A stretch of 64,000 nt of DNA, taken from Podarcis liolepis (taxonomy: Eukaryota). A program made the position numbers and the translations under genes. The DNA is taken from the NCBI GenBank assembly GCA_965112155.1, contig OZ218110.1; one strand, given 5' to 3'. The notes beneath the pieces were generated by a model. That model searched no databases and was not told the DNA's origin. It saw nothing but the letters and a program-made list of their open reading frames with translations. This document shows positions 1-11,235 of the stretch, piece by piece. The number at the start of each line of letters is the position of its first letter. Position 1 is the first letter of the stretch.

Positions 1-42
1 AGAGTTTCTTCAAAGTGGAAAAGAAAGTGGTGAAACATAACC

Positions 43-165
43 TAAGGTTACCAGACGTCCCCGTTTCCCGGGGACAGTCCCTGGATTTGCAAATCAGCCC
101 CCATACAAAATCCATTGAAGTTGAAACGTGTCCCCAGATTCATTGAAAAAAATCTGGTAACCTTA
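43..165. mobile_element. hAT-superfamily MITE (123 bp)
   Basis: Perfect 13-bp TIR TAAGGTTACCAGA / TCTGGTAACCTTA. 8-bp TSD ACATAACC at 35-42 and 166-173. Paralogous sites near 14203 and 25670 are empty. Confidence 0.9.
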
Positions 166-921
166 ACATAACCCTTAGTTACGGAAGCCCCTATGGTGTG
201 AACCACTCCTGGGAAACTCCACAGGTTCACTAGAGGGGGGCCCTCTTCCTGCCCATTGCCACCAAGGGTCCAGCCCAATGCCCCTTTTCAGTGCTATTTT
301 TCTAGAAAAAGAGATGCCAAAACTCTGCATGAACGCCTCCCTTGTTCTCTTATAATGGCAATGGCGCCCACACGAAAGCTTCCTGAACTGAGTTCTGGTG
401 AGTTCTGGCTGAAAAAAACGCCAAGCCTCTTCTGTCATTTACATGGGTATCCTGCCAACTTGCAACCAAACCAACCACATTAGCAACCAAGACATGAGGC
501 CATTATGAGTGCCTGTCATCATAAGTCTTTGCTGGTTGCAATTATATGTGTAGGCGGGGAGCATTTTGCGTGCTCCTGATGGACCCATGACTGATGATGA
601 ACGCGTCAATTTGTGGCCCAGGAAGGGGGTGGAACAGAGGCAGAATAGGCTTACGTGAGACCACTTATTTGTGTAATGACTCGCAACACAAACTCCACAC
701 AAACGGAGAGTTGCTGGCACTCCATCCGGCCTGTACACATTTTTTATTTCACAGCTAAAAAAAGGAGATGCTACAACTTCTTCCTCCACCACCAACAACT
801 GAGAGATGGAGGGTTTAATCTTGCTAGGTGCTTCTATCAAACACAAAAGTTTGAGAATCCCAATAACACAGAATCATTTATCTGGGCTCTGACTACAGAG
901 AGGCAAGCAACCTGAAGATTC

Positions 922-1905
922 CTGGAGAAGAGTGACTAGTGGGGTGCCACAGGGTTCTGTCTTGGGCCCGGTCTTATTCAACATCTTTATCAACGACTTG
1001 GATGATGGACTCAAGGGCATCCTGATCAAATTTGCAGATGACACCAAACTGGGAGGGGTGGCTAACACCCCAGAGGACAGGATCACACTTCAAAACGACC
1101 TTGACAGATTAGAGAACTGGGCCAAAACAAACAAGATGAATTTTAACAGGGAGAAATGTAAAGTATTGCACTTGGGCAAAAAAAAATGAGAGGCACAAAT
1201 ACAAGATGGGGGACACCTGGCTTGAGAGCAGTACATGTGAAAAGGATCTAGGAGTCTTGGTTGACCACAAACTTGACATGAGCCAACAGTGTGACGTGGC
1301 AGCTAAAAAAGCCAATGCAATTCTGGGCTGCATCAATAGGAGTATAGCATCTAGATCAAGGGAAGTAATAGTGCCACTGTATTCTGCTCTGGTCAGACCT
1401 CACCTGGAGTACTGTGTCCAGTTCTGGGCACCACAGTTCAAGAAGGACACTGACAAACTGGAACGTGTCCAGAGGAGGGCAACCAAAATGGTCAAAGGTC
1501 TGGAAACGATGCCTTATGAGGAACGGCTAAGGGAGCTGGGCATTTTTAGCCTGGAGAAGAGGAGGTTAAGGGGTGATATGATAGCCATGTTCAAATATAT
1601 AAAAGGATGTCATATAGAGGAGGGAGAAAGGTTGTTTTCTGCTGCTCCAGAGAAGCGGACACGGAGCAATGGATCCAAACTACAAGAAAGAAGATTCCAC
1701 CTAAACATTAGGAAGAACTTCCTGACAGTAAGAGCTGTTCGACAGTGGAATTTGCTGCCAAGGAGTGTGGTGGAGTCTCCTACTTTGGAGGTCTTTAAGC
1801 AGAGGCTTGACAACCATATGTCAGGAGTGCTCTGATGGTGTTTCCTGCTTGGCAGGGGGTTGGACTCGATGGCCCTTGTGGTCTATTCCAACTCTATGAT
1901 TCTAT
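922..1905 (+). mobile_element. CR1 LINE, 5'-truncated (ORF2 reverse transcriptase C-terminal part plus 3' UTR)
   Basis: RT motifs [52 protein letters not shown]. Ends in the CR1-typical (ATTCTATG)n tail. One +1 frameshift in the A-run at 1178-1186. GATTC is duplicated at 917-921 and 1906-1910, and paralogous sites are empty. Confidence 0.96.
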
Positions 1906-2752
1906 GATTCAAACAAGCAATGGCAAGAATGTTTTGAAGCCACTTGGCACTGGGGAAAAAAATTGCCCCAAAATACCCCAATCTCCTCTCCTTCCTCGTG
2001 AAATTCTTCAGGTTTAATTTTTGTTTCTTCTCTTTTGATGTTTATTTGCATTTGGAGCATATTGCCAAAAAGCAGATATCATTATTGGACTAAAAACCAG
2101 TGAAATCCAGCCAAACCCAAAAGGATTGGGATCTGAAATAACTACATTTTGAGTGTTTGGCATATTTCTTTCCCTTTAAATTAGCTCGTAATTTAATTGG
2201 CTCTTTCCCTTTTTTCTCCCCTCCCTTCCTCATTAAGTTTTTCTTAATGTTATATTTAATGAATGCAACCTTTCCCTCAATTTAAAGTGACGTCTTGAGT
2301 CCTCCTTGGTGTGGCTGTGATGGCAAAACATTTTTACTCAGATTAATTGTCAGATTTAAAGATTTGAAGAAAGCAAGGGGGGGGGGGAGACAGAGCGTGT
2401 CCTTCATAAACCTTTTAGTCCTCAGTGCTTATATTTTGTGACTGTTTTTATGTCCAGTTTTTAAAGGATTTCTACAGACCTATCCTATGAAATTTCCACT
2501 AGAGTGGAGCAGGACGTACATTAACACAGCCAAAGGCAGAAAGATAAGATGGGATTAGAAAGGGTAAAATTGTTTATCTGTAGTGTGAAAAAGTTGTGAG
2601 AAACAGCATCAGAGCAGAATAGTACAGTGCCGAGGCCTGAGAATAAGAGATACAGAGTTGAAACTGAGCAGAGGAAAAGATGCAGTAGATCTGGGATTGC
2701 TGAATATGGGGGACTCAGTGTGTTGAAACAGGGCAAGTAGTGGAGATTTTCA

Positions 2753-2828
2753 AAGACAGGAGTGCCTGGCGTGCTCTGGTCCATGGGGTCACGAAGAGTT
2801 GGACACGACTGAACGACTAAACAACAAC
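2753..2828 (+). mobile_element. RTE/BovB-type LINE extreme 3' end (76 bp, 5'-truncated)
   Basis: GTCCATGGGGTCACGAAGAGTTGGACACGACTGAACGACT followed by an (AAC)n tail. 14-bp TSD AGTGGAGATTTTCA at 2739-2752 and 2829-2842. Empty sites near 38231 and 53686. Confidence 0.85.
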
Positions 2829-3190
2829 AGTGGAGATTTTCAGGCAATAGTAATCAGAAATGGGCATCTGCACAGCCTACGTGATCTGGGGTGCAATTTT
2901 GGGCCCTGGATCGGGCCAGCTGAGCGAAAAACAGCCATGCCCTATATGCATCCTCAGAGCAAATTGGGGGCAGGACTAATATCTAAATGTTGTTTTAAAA
3001 ATGCTGATAAAGGTTGGAGGCAGGCAAGGAAAGGAGATACACCATCTCCTTCCCACATTCCGACTGACAGCAGAGGATGGTTAAATCCAGTTGGCTGGTA
3101 GCCTACAGAGGATTCTGGGTGTTTCTTTTCAGGTATACATACAAATTGCTCTTCTAGATATTATAACCAGTGACACAGAATTTGATTTTT

Positions 3191-5485
3191 TTAGCATTTT
3201 CTTCTTATTAGGTGATCCCTATTGTTCAGCTCAGGTCTCAACAAAATAATGTAACATTTTGGGGAAAAGATGCAACCCAACAAGCCAGCACTGGAGGCTA
3301 AGATAGAGAAGATCTCCACAGCCACCATGTATTTCCCCTTTGTGCTCATGTAGGAAGGAACAAAGGACAACCAAACACTACAAAAAACCAGCATGCTGAA
3401 AGTGATGAACTTGGCTTCGTTGAAACTGTCAGGTAATTTCCGGGCAAGGAAAGCCACAGTGAAACTGACCAAAGCTAGGAAGCCCATGTAGCCCAAGACA
3501 CAGTAAAAGAAAGTCACAGTTCCCTCATTGCACCCCATTACAATTTCTTCAGTCACTGACTTCATGTCAGCATTAGGGAATGGAGGAGAGATCACCAGCC
3601 ATACAGTGCAGATGAGTGCTTGGAGAAGGGAGCAGGAAAGGACAATAGAGTTTGCCAGTCCTTTCCCCACCCACTTCCTCATCCGGGATCCTGGTTTTGT
3701 GGCCATGAAAGCCAGAACCACAGTGATGGTTTTTGCCAGCACACAAGAAACAGCCACTGAGAAGATAATGCCAAAAGCAGTTTGTCGGAGGAGACACATC
3801 ACTTTGTCAGGATATCCGATGAATAGTATTGCGGAAAGGAAGCAAAGCAAGAGGGAGATGAGCAGAGCGTAGGTGAGGTCCTGGTTGTTGGCTTTCACAA
3901 CGGGAGTGTCCCTGTGCTTCACAAATATTTCTAGTACCAGTGCTGTAATGAAAGCAAAGGAAAGAGCAGAAGTGGCTAAGCTGAGGCCCAGAGGTTCTTC
4001 AAAGGACAAGAAAGTTGCATGCTTGGGAATACATATAGTCTTATTTGTGTTTGGATACTTTTCATCTTCACATTCATAGCAGTCATTCATGTCTGAGAAA
4101 AAAAAACACATAGTTCTTAATCCCAAAAATATGAGCAACATGCCACTACTTGAAAATACATAATTAAAATGACTTAAAAAGTGTACAAGGAGTTTCAAAC
4201 AATAAAGTCTAAAATGATGGAACCATGCCCTTCTCACCTATCCAATGTAGAATACCGACTGAGGCAAAATGCAAAATGCAAGGCCACAGAGACCCTTCCT
4301 GGTCTACAATCAGAAGCCAACTCAGATTTTCCTGTCACTGTTCTGGTTGCTCACACTTATTTATTCCTTCATTAATGAGTGATTGTGTAATTGAGACTTT
4401 GTAAATTTCTTCATTAGATAACCTAATCAACACCTTTCAAGTGTTTTCTGGATTTAAGTATTTCACACTTCTCCAAACATTACCGCACAATTTTCTGAAG
4501 TTTAAGGATATCAAAATGCATGTTTCAATACGTTACCAGAAAGAAAATGCACATTCAAACATTATTTGTAAGGAAAAATATATATGCCTAAACAGATTTT
4601 GATAGAAAATGTAGGATTAAGTATGAAATAAATCAAACAAATTATGGGCAAAATTATGTGATAGTAACAAGGTCTTGAAATAGATTCAGCCATCTCTAGC
4701 CAAAGTGTTAAAACAGATTTCAAGGACTGCTGTAGAAGAAGATATCACATTTATGGAGAAATACTATGGCAAGAGGATGGAGTAAAACAAGCCTGGAATA
4801 AATTAAGACGGCATAAAGTGCACCAGATCCAAAATCTATTCTAAAGCAGGGATGTCGTTAGTTGAGCCAGCCAAAGGCTATTGGAGAGAAAATAAGCTTT
4901 TAAAATAGTGTTAGGGTTACACCACCCTTTTCATTGACTTAATTTAGGCTGAGATTCCAGCTGAATAGCCTTCATGCATTGTATCCAAATCCCCCCTGCC
5001 CCATTTCACCCCCGTAACACTCGCCTTTCAAGGTTTCTATCAATTTAAGCAGCATTGCACTCAGCTCAGCCTGGATGAAGGAGAAAAATCCACTTTATAC
5101 TAATCCTGTCCAACCTGGTGGATCTTGCTATAGGATTCTTCCTTAATAACAGCATTCAACACCCACAATCACAAATTATCACACACACACTTTCATTAGG
5201 TCCCTCTTCAGCTAAATTTCTCAATATTTTATAAGCTGTAAAAAGGAACCTTGGTGATTGCATTTTTTTTTTATATTCATGTTTTCAATTAAAGGCAACA
5301 AGCTATATCTATATGCATTCAATTTCTTACCCTCCTGGTCTGAAATCTTCCCTTCTGGACATGGGATGCAATCGTAGCAGCAAAATGCTTCCCCCTCCTT
5401 CACCTTCCTGCAAAAACCAGGGCGGCAGCTCTCAGTACATACAGACTTAGGCTGTGTCTATTACACAAATAAAAGACAGATATAT

Positions 5486-5519
<34 letters not shown>

Positions 5520-8500
5520 GTATATAATAACTGGACTCAAAGAAAAGCTAAAGGGGGAAGTTAAGCTATTCCTTAAAAGGAATTTGCAAAAGAACAACAA
5601 CATTCATTTCAGAAATTCACTTACTAGCCTGTTTCAATTCCATTTTGAAACATTTCCTGACATCTCCCATTGACTCATAGTGGAAACTCCAATAAATTAT
5701 TGTGGGTTTTTTTTGCAGTTTACACAGTGAAGTTTTTAATATGCTCTATAGTAAGGATCCCGTCTTCCACAGTGACATTAATGGGTTGTGGTGGTGTCCC
5801 TTAATGCAAATTAAGCTTCAGAGTTATACACCTGCTATTCTAAATCCTTGAAACACAGCATGCATAATCTGCCTTGTGAGATGTACAAATGTGTCAAAAC
5901 TTTATACTAATTTTGTAAAAGGAGCCACAGTTTAGAAAGTGCTGAAAATTGAAACATGGACACTTTTTCGGCTGAAATACAGTGGTACCTCGGGTTAAGA
6001 ACTGAATTTGTTCTGGAGGTCCGTTCTTAACCTGAAACTGTTCTTAACCTGAAGCACCACTTTAGCTAATGGGGCCTCCTGCTGCCGCTGCGCCGCTGTT
6101 GCACGATTTCTGTTCTCATCCTGAAGGAAAGTTCTTAACCCAAGGTACTATTTCTGGGTTAGGTAAAGGTAAAGGTACCCCTGCCCGTACGGGCCAGTCT
6201 TGACAGACTCTAGGGTTGTGCGCTCATCTCACTCTAGAGGCCGGGAGCCAGCGCTGTCCGCAGACACTTCCGGGTCACGTGGCCAGCATGACGAAGCTGC
6301 TCCGGCAAACCGGCAGCAGAGCAGCACACGGAAACGCCGTTTACCTTCCCGCTATAAAGCGGTACCTATTTATCTACTTGCACTTAAGGGTGCTTTTGAA
6401 CTACTAGGTGGGCAGGAGCTGGGACCAAACGACGGGAGCTCACCCCGCTGCGGGGATTCGAACCTCCAACCATGCGATCGGCAAGTCCTAGGCGCTGAGG
6501 TTTTACCCACAGCGCCACCCGCGTCCCACAATTTCTGGGTTAGCGGAGCCTGTAACCTGAAGCACCTGTAACCTGAAGTGTCTGTAACCCGAGGTACCCC
6601 TGTATTTATAACTGCAAGCCACAAGACTTAACTAGCCAGTCAAAGCCATTACCTTGACAAAGGACCTATTTCAACAATCTTCCCTTCACCCCTCAAGGAT
6701 ACAGGATCCCAGGATTGCAAGGGGAACCAGAGTTTCATCCAGAATGATTCTCCGAGCTCAAAACAATATATTCAATCTCACCAAAATCTATCTTCAAATT
6801 TTCAGTCCTTATATTCACTTTCAGTTAAACAAGAACCAGTATACAGGCTATGGATTCAGCTTATAACATTAATTCTTAGCTTGTGCCATCTATAATACAA
6901 TTTTATAAAGACTCAAAAATGTACAATGAAAATATTTTTGTATGTTATGTTCAAGTCTTCAAAGTCACAAATGGCTAATGGTAACATCCTACCTGGTTAA
7001 ACCAATGGTGCCATTTTATGGCTCCCTCATTGATGGTTAACGCTTGCTGTGGAGGAGCCAGGGAATCAATCCCTCCTACCTTCACTCTCTGAAAGGATTG
7101 GTTTGAGAAAAGAATCCAGTTGGTAATATCAAATCCAGCTAGTATCTCCCCATTCTGGTCCAAGGAAATCTTATCCCCAGCGCTGCTGTTAAATGAGATA
7201 CGCCTCAGAAAATGATGGAACTGGATTGAAAAAGAAAGTATAGAAAAGGCAAAGGACAGCAGCAAAGTTCAGCAAAGGACAATCATGATGTTCACTTTCA
7301 TGGCAGGTTTCCAAATATACTCCTTGAAGGAAAGCAGTTTTCTTTTTATATTTTTATTTATATATATTGAAAGATTTTCTTAGATTTGGAAGTTCATTTT
7401 GAATTACAGATTCTTAACATCTTAACATCTCCCGCAGCAAAGCCCACACAGCCATAAAAACTTTATTAACAGAAAGTGGGTGCTCTGTTTGTTTTGTTAT
7501 CTAAAATATATCATTTTCTCTATACGCAATGCTATGTGATATATTACTCCTTTTATGCACCAACTTCAGAGGTAAATGGGGAATCAGCCCCATGCTCGTC
7601 TAAAAGGTTGGTGTAAATCATAGCTGTCAACCTTTCCCTTTTTTAAAGGGAAATTCCCTTATTCCGAATACGAGTCCTCGCAAGAAAAGGGAAAAGTTGA
7701 CAGCTATGGTGTAAATAGTTGAAGAAACAGGTTGAGGAAGGAATGGTGATGAAAGCAAAGTCTAGAAGTTGGCTATATCATGCTTGGATAGAATTCATTT
7801 TCTTTTGTTCTCTTTCAGTATTGCTACTTTAAGTTCAAGCAGCATAAAAGAAGAAATTTAAAAGATTTAAAAAAATTAAAATTAGCAGTAAAATGAAAAG
7901 AGATTAAAATCCATCAAGACCCATGTCTCTGGGTAGACTTGCCTAAACAAAAAAGTTTTAAGCAGGTGCCTAATAAATAAAGTGAAGTTGTCTCTCTGAT
8001 GTCAATAGGCAGGGAAGTCTAGTAGCTCTATTTGCATTTCAAGAGACATAAAGCAACTGTCTCATGGTTAAAGGGCAGTGAATTGAGGAAGTGGCTTTGG
8101 GCAGCTGGGGAAGATTTCAAGGGCATTGCTGCACCCACATTGGTGACTCCTGCAGTGGTTGCATAGCAAAGTGACAGTTACCAAAGTGATAGATAGAAAA
8201 GGAAACAGAACATGTTTTGAACCTCTTTCAGGAAAGGTGTTCAGCCCATTACCTGCTGCAGTGGTTGTTTGTCAAACTTCATTCCTCCATTGATCATTAC
8301 TGGTCTGTGTTTGCCTCGGGATGTAGACATGGCATGTAAAGCATGGGCCACAGCATAGACAGCATTGTAGATGTTGTAGCTGTGGCTGGTCATGCTCATT
8401 TCAAAGAAAGGACCAGGAAGATTCTCCAGCTTCTCTTGCCCAGTGCAAATATCCCCCTTCACACTGCCAACCACTCGATTTGGAAATACACAGCCAAATG

Positions 8501-10608
8501 CCTGTTGCCAGAAGTCCAAGATGAAGCCATCTCCTTCCAGGCTGGTAGGGGTTTTGCTCTGGACAAATTGATGAAATCCTGGTGGGTCATTTGAGTGAGT
8601 TGTGAATGAGAGAACCCCATGGAGTATTTCTGTATCCCAAGTCTGTTGATAGACAAAAGAAGTGAGCTCTACCTGGGCTGTCATGATCCACACTTTACCT
8701 TTTGGCTTATTTGAACTTTGTTTCAATTCTGATAGGTAAGGATACCATCTAAAAAAGGCCACAGCATATGATTCTCCATAAAACAAGACTACATTGGCTT
8801 TGCTATCATTTATTTTGTCATGTATTTTTGCACCCTGTTTGAACATATCGTGAATTTCAGAGACGTAAGTAAATTTGTGACTTCTTTCTATGAAGGCAAA
8901 ACAAATGCCATTCTGGGAATAAAGTGGGACCACAGTTTGCACAAATCTTTCTGCATTCTCATCATAGAAAGTAAGGATCCCAATCCATATCCACTTAAAA
9001 TGCAGAAGCAAAGACAGGATCCCCTTATACTCGCGGGTTTCCTTGGGCATCATCTGGTAGAAGAAAAGGCCTGGAGTTTTATCATTCATCACTGGAGCAG
9101 GGCCGTATATGAGCTAAACGTAGTTGTGAGAGTAGGAGAAAGAGACAGAAGCAACAGTAATATATTAGACTTGTGTATTATGAGCACCACTGGGGCAATT
9201 ATAAATTGGGCCTTCCAATCATCACCATTTCACCTGTGCATGCTATTTTTGCTAAGCCAAGCAACACTTACCTGCCAGATAGCTGTCATCATATATCAGG
9301 GACATCTGCAGTAATAACTTATGTGTTATCAAGACTTTATTTCTTAGCTTGGATCTGCCATTAGCATGGCCTACCTGATTATTTGAAATGTGCACATTGG
9401 TTTATCCAAATCTATCTGGATGTGTTAAATTCCCATAACTTGACAGAGAGATACATATCTCACCTGTGGAACCTTATAGATATCCAAGATTGTTGCCACA
9501 TGAAGTGAAATTTGGGAGTCCAGTCCCCCAATGATGGCTATCAAGTTTTTCTTGATGTCACAGATGTAGTTGGGGACAAATGTTTCCAGCGTGGATATGA
9601 GCAACATTGTGGCATGAGAGGTCCATTTGGCATTGAAATAGCTGTCATAGATGCGGAAGCCTAAAGTGACATTGGGTAAGAGCTGAGGGTTTTCGTTGAT
9701 CTCCTTCACTGCAAATTGCAAGGCCAGGATGTGCTGGTAATTCTTTGGCACCACTCTAAAAAGAGATTTTCATTTTCTATCAGAAAGGCATGTAACATTT
9801 ATCACAACTCAGTTCTACGTCATTAGTATTCTTTATTATTTCCTTCATTTTTTTTGCAGGGCAGGAAACTTTTGAACAGATATCACTACAAGTGATCCTC
9901 CTCCTTGCCTACAATGGTAGAAAGGGGATGTAGGGGACAATTCTATGGGAGGGGAGTGCAGACTTTTAAATGTCCCTGATCTATATTTTTAATTCTAGTT
10001 TCATAGTCTGTATAGAAGTCCTTCCCTTATTTCTTTCTCTCGGGGCCCTGAATTAAAAGTGGTGCAATTATTTCCACAACAATATTACATGTCTTCATAT
10101 CATACCTGAATGTTTAATTCAGTGGGGGAAAATAGTGGAGAGCCTCCTGACCACATTTCTCTTACAACACATCTCCTTCCATCCAAACAGTAGTTCTGCC
10201 TCTAGGACAATGGTGGAGAACTGTGGCCCACCTGATGTTGTTGTACTACTATGTACATTATTATGGATGGAACTGATAGAGTCCAACAACCACTGCAGGG
10301 CCACAGTTTAACTACCACTCCTCTAAAACTGATCTCTCCAGGGTCCAAAGAAGGAATCAAAATACAGAAGAGAAATTATCCAGTTCTTACTTTAGCTCGT
10401 CAAGCAAGGTTGGTGGGGGTTTTTCGGTGAAGGCTATTGAACTGGAGACGATGATGCTGTGAGAGGCTATGCCACCAATGATGAGGTCTCCTTCCTGATG
10501 ATACAGATGAAGTGGAGTGTGAGGATCATTGACATGGCATTTAACAATGGGAGGTTTGCATATAGCATTAGGAAGTAGAACCAGTAGCAAGACCAATAAT
10601 CCCACCAT
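3191..10608 (-). CDS. Vomeronasal type-2 receptor (V2R / Vmn2r26-like class C GPCR), gene A, 6 coding exons, ~875 aa, apparently intact
   Basis: Exons on the minus strand: 10391-10608, 9464-9755, 8253-9113, 6993-7220, 5331-5457, 3191-4092. All introns are GT-AG, phases join, total 2628 nt. The protein has a signal peptide, Venus flytrap motifs ([25 protein letters not shown]; [12 protein letters not shown]), a nine-cysteine domain ([11 protein letters not shown]) and a class C 7TM (TPVVKANN; [16 protein letters not shown]; PKCYIIL). Confidence 0.95.
5487..5519. repeat. (GATA)n microsatellite
   Basis: Direct reading. About 30 nt from the gene A exon 5 acceptor. Confidence 0.95.
5980..6602. 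mobile_element. Tc1/mariner-superfamily (Tigger/pogo-like) MITE with a nested SINE, in intron 4 of gene A
   Basis: TIR CAGTGGTACCTCGGGTTA / TAACCCGAGGTACCCCTG with a TA TSD. Same family as 32861-33077 and 48773-49010. Paralogous introns are empty at this site. Confidence 0.88.
6163..6530 (-). mobile_element. Sauria-type tRNA-derived SINE, full length, nested in a MITE
   Basis: Minus strand begins GGGACGCGGGTGGCGCTGTGGG (A box), contains GGTTCGAATCC (B box) and ends in (ACCTTT)n. 13-bp TSD ATTTCTGGGTTAG at 6150-6162 and 6531-6543. Confidence 0.9.
7619..7708. mobile_element. hAT-superfamily MITE (90 bp), in intron 3 of gene A
   Basis: 24-bp TIR CATAGCTGTCAAC(C/T)TTTCCCTTTT with one mismatch. 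8-bp TSD GTGTAAAT at 7611-7618 and 7709-7716. Empty in genes C, D and E. Confidence 0.9.
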
Positions 10609-11235
10609 CCTTGGTACAATTTTTCCCTATACACTAAGATGCCCCTATGAGTATTACAGCTTTTGTGACTGAAGTAGTCTGACCTAATTGGCCTTTTAGT
10701 CTGCTCATATGTCTGAAATGCAGACTGTGAAAACTGGAAAGAAAAAGGTGATGACACTGATGGATCCTTGCTGGTTTCTGATTCCCAAGTCTAGCTATGA
10801 TGGCAGGAGGTGATATATTTTTTTATCAGGTTTCTCCAACCTTGTATCCTTCAGATGTTTTTGACTACAATTCACAGCATTCAAAGCTGGCTGCAGGTGC
10901 TGGGGTTGTAATCCCAAACAGTCCAAGGGCACCAAGCTTTTAAAGTCTCCATTATAGTACCTTTCACAGACTTTCTCATTAGCTTCAAAAGTGTACTGTG
11001 CAAATCCATGAGGTGCTTTGATCAGCGGGAACATTAATTACAGTTCTTTACATAATTAAAGGGAAGATAGTCACCTGTGTGTCTTTCTTAACAGAAGTTT
11101 TCATTTCCTCTTAGTTCCATGTCATTTTGCCTAACAATAATAAAGAAGAAGGAAGAAATGCTGGAAATACAACCCTTTGGTCCCAAAAGAGGGAGGAAAG
11201 GAACATGTTTATCATAGCACTGGCCTCTTGAAATT

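Noticed and set aside
175-915. ORFs in the repeated spacer block (also ~14200-14850, 25700-26500, 37000-37700), including a GEFWL motif
   Set aside because: Frames and stops are not preserved between paralogues and no domain is recognisable. Treated as duplicated non-coding flank, although an ancient TE origin is not excluded.
3528-4079. Recurrent plus-strand ORFs (114 aa and 68 aa) in every unit
   Set aside because: Antisense shadows of the conserved V2R exon 6. They recur only because the exon is duplicated.
3191-4237. 348-aa single-exon GPCR reading from the ORF track
   Set aside because: The first ~48 codons are intron 5. The true exon starts after the AG at 4093-4094.
6450-6527. tRNA-like A/B boxes
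   Set aside because: SINE heads, not tRNA genes, because they continue into a SINE body, tail and TSD.
8343-9314. Plus-strand and alternate-frame ORFs over exon 3 in each gene
   Set aside because: Shadow ORFs of exon 3, with lengths that vary between paralogues.
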